Source: Planctomycetia bacterium (GTDB lineage Bacteria > Planctomycetota > Planctomycetia > Pirellulales > Pirellulaceae). Taken from it: a stretch of 64,000 nt of DNA. Every line of letters begins with the position of its first letter. Position 1 is the stretch's first letter. Shown piece by piece: positions 62,931-64,000 of the stretch. The translations under genes were made by a program, and so were the position numbers. The notes beneath the pieces are model-generated. The model searched no databases, was not told the DNA's origin, and was given only the letters and a program-made list of their open reading frames with translations. The DNA lies in NCBI GenBank assembly GCA_031367855.1, contig JANLQO010000454.1:7362-71361 (forward strand), in the 5' to 3' direction.

Positions 62931-63157
62931 GATGGCGACTGTATCCAACGATCCGGGAGTTTAAGTCCTTGTGCTGGGCTTTGCGTTCGGCAAGTGGTGG
63001 CAACCAAACCGTGGGAGGTAGGCCGTGCATTATCAGAAAGCAACTGCGCGAAATGGCAAAGGCGGGCGTGACAGTGGTCGGAATCAACGGGGACCGAGAA
63101 GCGACGCATCGACTGTTTAAGCTAGCCAACTGGTGCTCGACACTGCTGTGCAACTAG
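62931..63157 (+). pseudogene. Possible peroxiredoxin (Bcp/AhpC-TSA) gene remnant
   Basis: The segment RPCIIRKQLREMAKAGVTVVGINGDREATHRLFKLANWCSTLLCN* loosely matches the C..E.C.fr....l.kaGv.VvGiS.D......F......f.LLsD pattern of Bcp-type peroxiredoxins, but the flanking parts of the fold are missing. Confidence 0.2.
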
Positions 63158-63249
63158 CTGTCCGCAGAGCCTAACCAAAGACGACGGAAACGGTTAAGCG
63201 GATATCGGCATGGAGCGCTTCTCGGATTCCTCTCACCAGAGCTCAGTGC

Positions 63250-63810
63250 ATGAATCCTTTAATGGAAGACTGTGATCAACTACTCGAACGGCATCGATCT
63301 TATTTGATGTTGCTGGCTCGCGCCAGAATCATGCCTGTCAATGGCCGTAAGGTCGATGCATCGGATATCGTCCAACAAACGTTGATGGATGCGTTTGCAA
63401 AGCGCGAACAATTCCGTGGCTCATCCGAGGCCGAGCTAACGGCTTGGTTGCGGGAAATCCTCAAGCACAATCTGCTCGATGTGCTTCGCCGTGAGCAATG
63501 CGACAAACGGGATATCCGTCGCGAACAATGGTTGGGAGCGACCGTCGACGAATCCATGACTCGAGCTGACGGTTGGCTAGCAGCGGTACAATCTTCTCCC
63601 AGCCAGCGTGTCATCAAGGCGGAGGACTTGCTTGGGCTCTCCGAGGCATTGGACGCATTACCCATAGCCCAGCGCGAGGCCATTGTGTTGCACCATCTCC
63701 AAGGGTTCAAGCTCGCCGAAGTTGCTTCGGAGCTTGGGCGCAGTGAGTCCGCGGTGGCTGGCTTGCTCTTCCGTGGACTAACCAAGTTACATCAACTGAT
63801 GAACAAATGA
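63250..63810 (+). CDS. ECF-type RNA polymerase sigma factor
   Basis: Region 2 is DIVQQTLMDAFAKREQFRGSSEAELTAWLREILKHNLLDVLR. Region 4 is LPIAQREAIVLHHLQGFKLAEVASELGRSESAVAGLLFRGLTKL. Confidence 0.85.
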   Translation: MNPLMEDCDQLLERHRSYLMLLARARIMPVNGRKVDASDIVQQTLMDAFAKREQFRGSSEAELTAWLREILKHNLLDVLRREQCDKRDIRREQWLGATVDESMTRADGWLAAVQSSPSQRVIKAEDLLGLSEALDALPIAQREAIVLHHLQGFKLAEVASELGRSESAVAGLLFRGLTKLHQLMNK

Positions 63811-63819
63811 GTAACCTGC

Positions 63820-64000
63820 ATGTCAAATCGTACAGAGTCCGTTGATAACGCTGATGAGCCGCGCGGGCAACAGCTTGAGTCGGTAATCGCCGATTACATT
63901 CGAATTTGCGAAGCCGGTCGCAATCCCAGTCGTCGCGAGATGCTGGAGCAGTATCCCGAGATGGCTGATGAACTAAAGCAGTTCTTTGCTCAGCGCGATC
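63820..64000 (+). CDS. 3'-truncated ORF, N-terminus typical of ECF-sigma-associated Ser/Thr protein kinases
   Basis: My own translation from the ATG at 63820 gives MSNRTESVDNADEPRGQQLESVIADYIRICEAGRNPSRREMLEQYPEMADELKQFFAQRD, open to the window end. The Y.....G.....E.LL..YPE.A.EL..FF motif precedes kinase domains in planctomycete sigma/kinase gene pairs. Confidence 0.5.
   Translation, partial: MSNRTESVDNADEPRGQQLESVIADYIRICEAGRNPSRREMLEQYPEMADELKQFFAQRD

Noticed and set aside
1-64000. Search for a mobile genetic element, prophage, genomic island or defence island (integrase, transposase, tRNA-flanked insertion, restriction-modification, Cas, abortive-infection genes).
   Set aside because: I recognised no integrase, transposase or recombinase, no tRNA gene and no phage structural genes. 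Housekeeping genes (rnr, dnaN, dnaA, hemA, scpB, maf) are spread across the window. The only accessory-looking module is the dual nucleotidyltransferase cassette, which is reported as a finding.

Overview
The window looks like a chromosomal segment of a Planctomycetota (Pirellulales-like) genome. This inference rests on the density of planctomycete-expanded families: PSCyt/DUF1549/DUF1553 with DUF1501, DUF1592/DUF1588 with DUF1552, DUF1800, DUF4058, DUF1080, and an ECF sigma factor followed by a Ser/Thr-kinase-type ORF. About 55 protein-coding genes are supportable. Recognisable housekeeping genes are rnr, dnaN, a short dnaA homolog, hemA with an upstream HemX/CcsA-like gene, scpB, maf, a NifS/IscS-type cysteine desulfurase, a deoxyhypusine-synthase-like gene, an M19 dipeptidase and an aldehyde dehydrogenase. 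I saw no rRNA, tRNA, CRISPR array, transposase, integrase or phage genes.

The observations I consider most worth follow-up:
- The dnaA-dnaN region is split by two unrelated ORFs. It carries a DnaA-box-like cluster (candidate oriC), and the DnaA homolog lacks domains I-II.
- Three families of short intergenic hairpin/palindromic repeats are present (called R1, R2 and R3 here). R2 shows compensatory stem substitutions. R1 and R2 abut or overlap the 3' ends of genes.
- A 129-aa ORF is translationally coupled to scpB, and its last 97 residues are almost pure Asp/Glu with four spaced Trp.
- An ABC ATPase sits next to a 1192-aa protein that fuses an ABC-2-type permease to an M1 zinc peptidase with a non-canonical GxMEN position.
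- One cassette encodes two Pol-beta-type nucleotidyltransferases, one of them fused to an HD domain.
- A four-gene minus-strand operon contains an ABC-2 exporter and a 791-aa protein of unknown function.
- Several decayed gene remnants were found.

No single cluster can be shown from sequence alone to be a new system. All functional calls come from motif recognition by eye and need HMM or BLAST confirmation.
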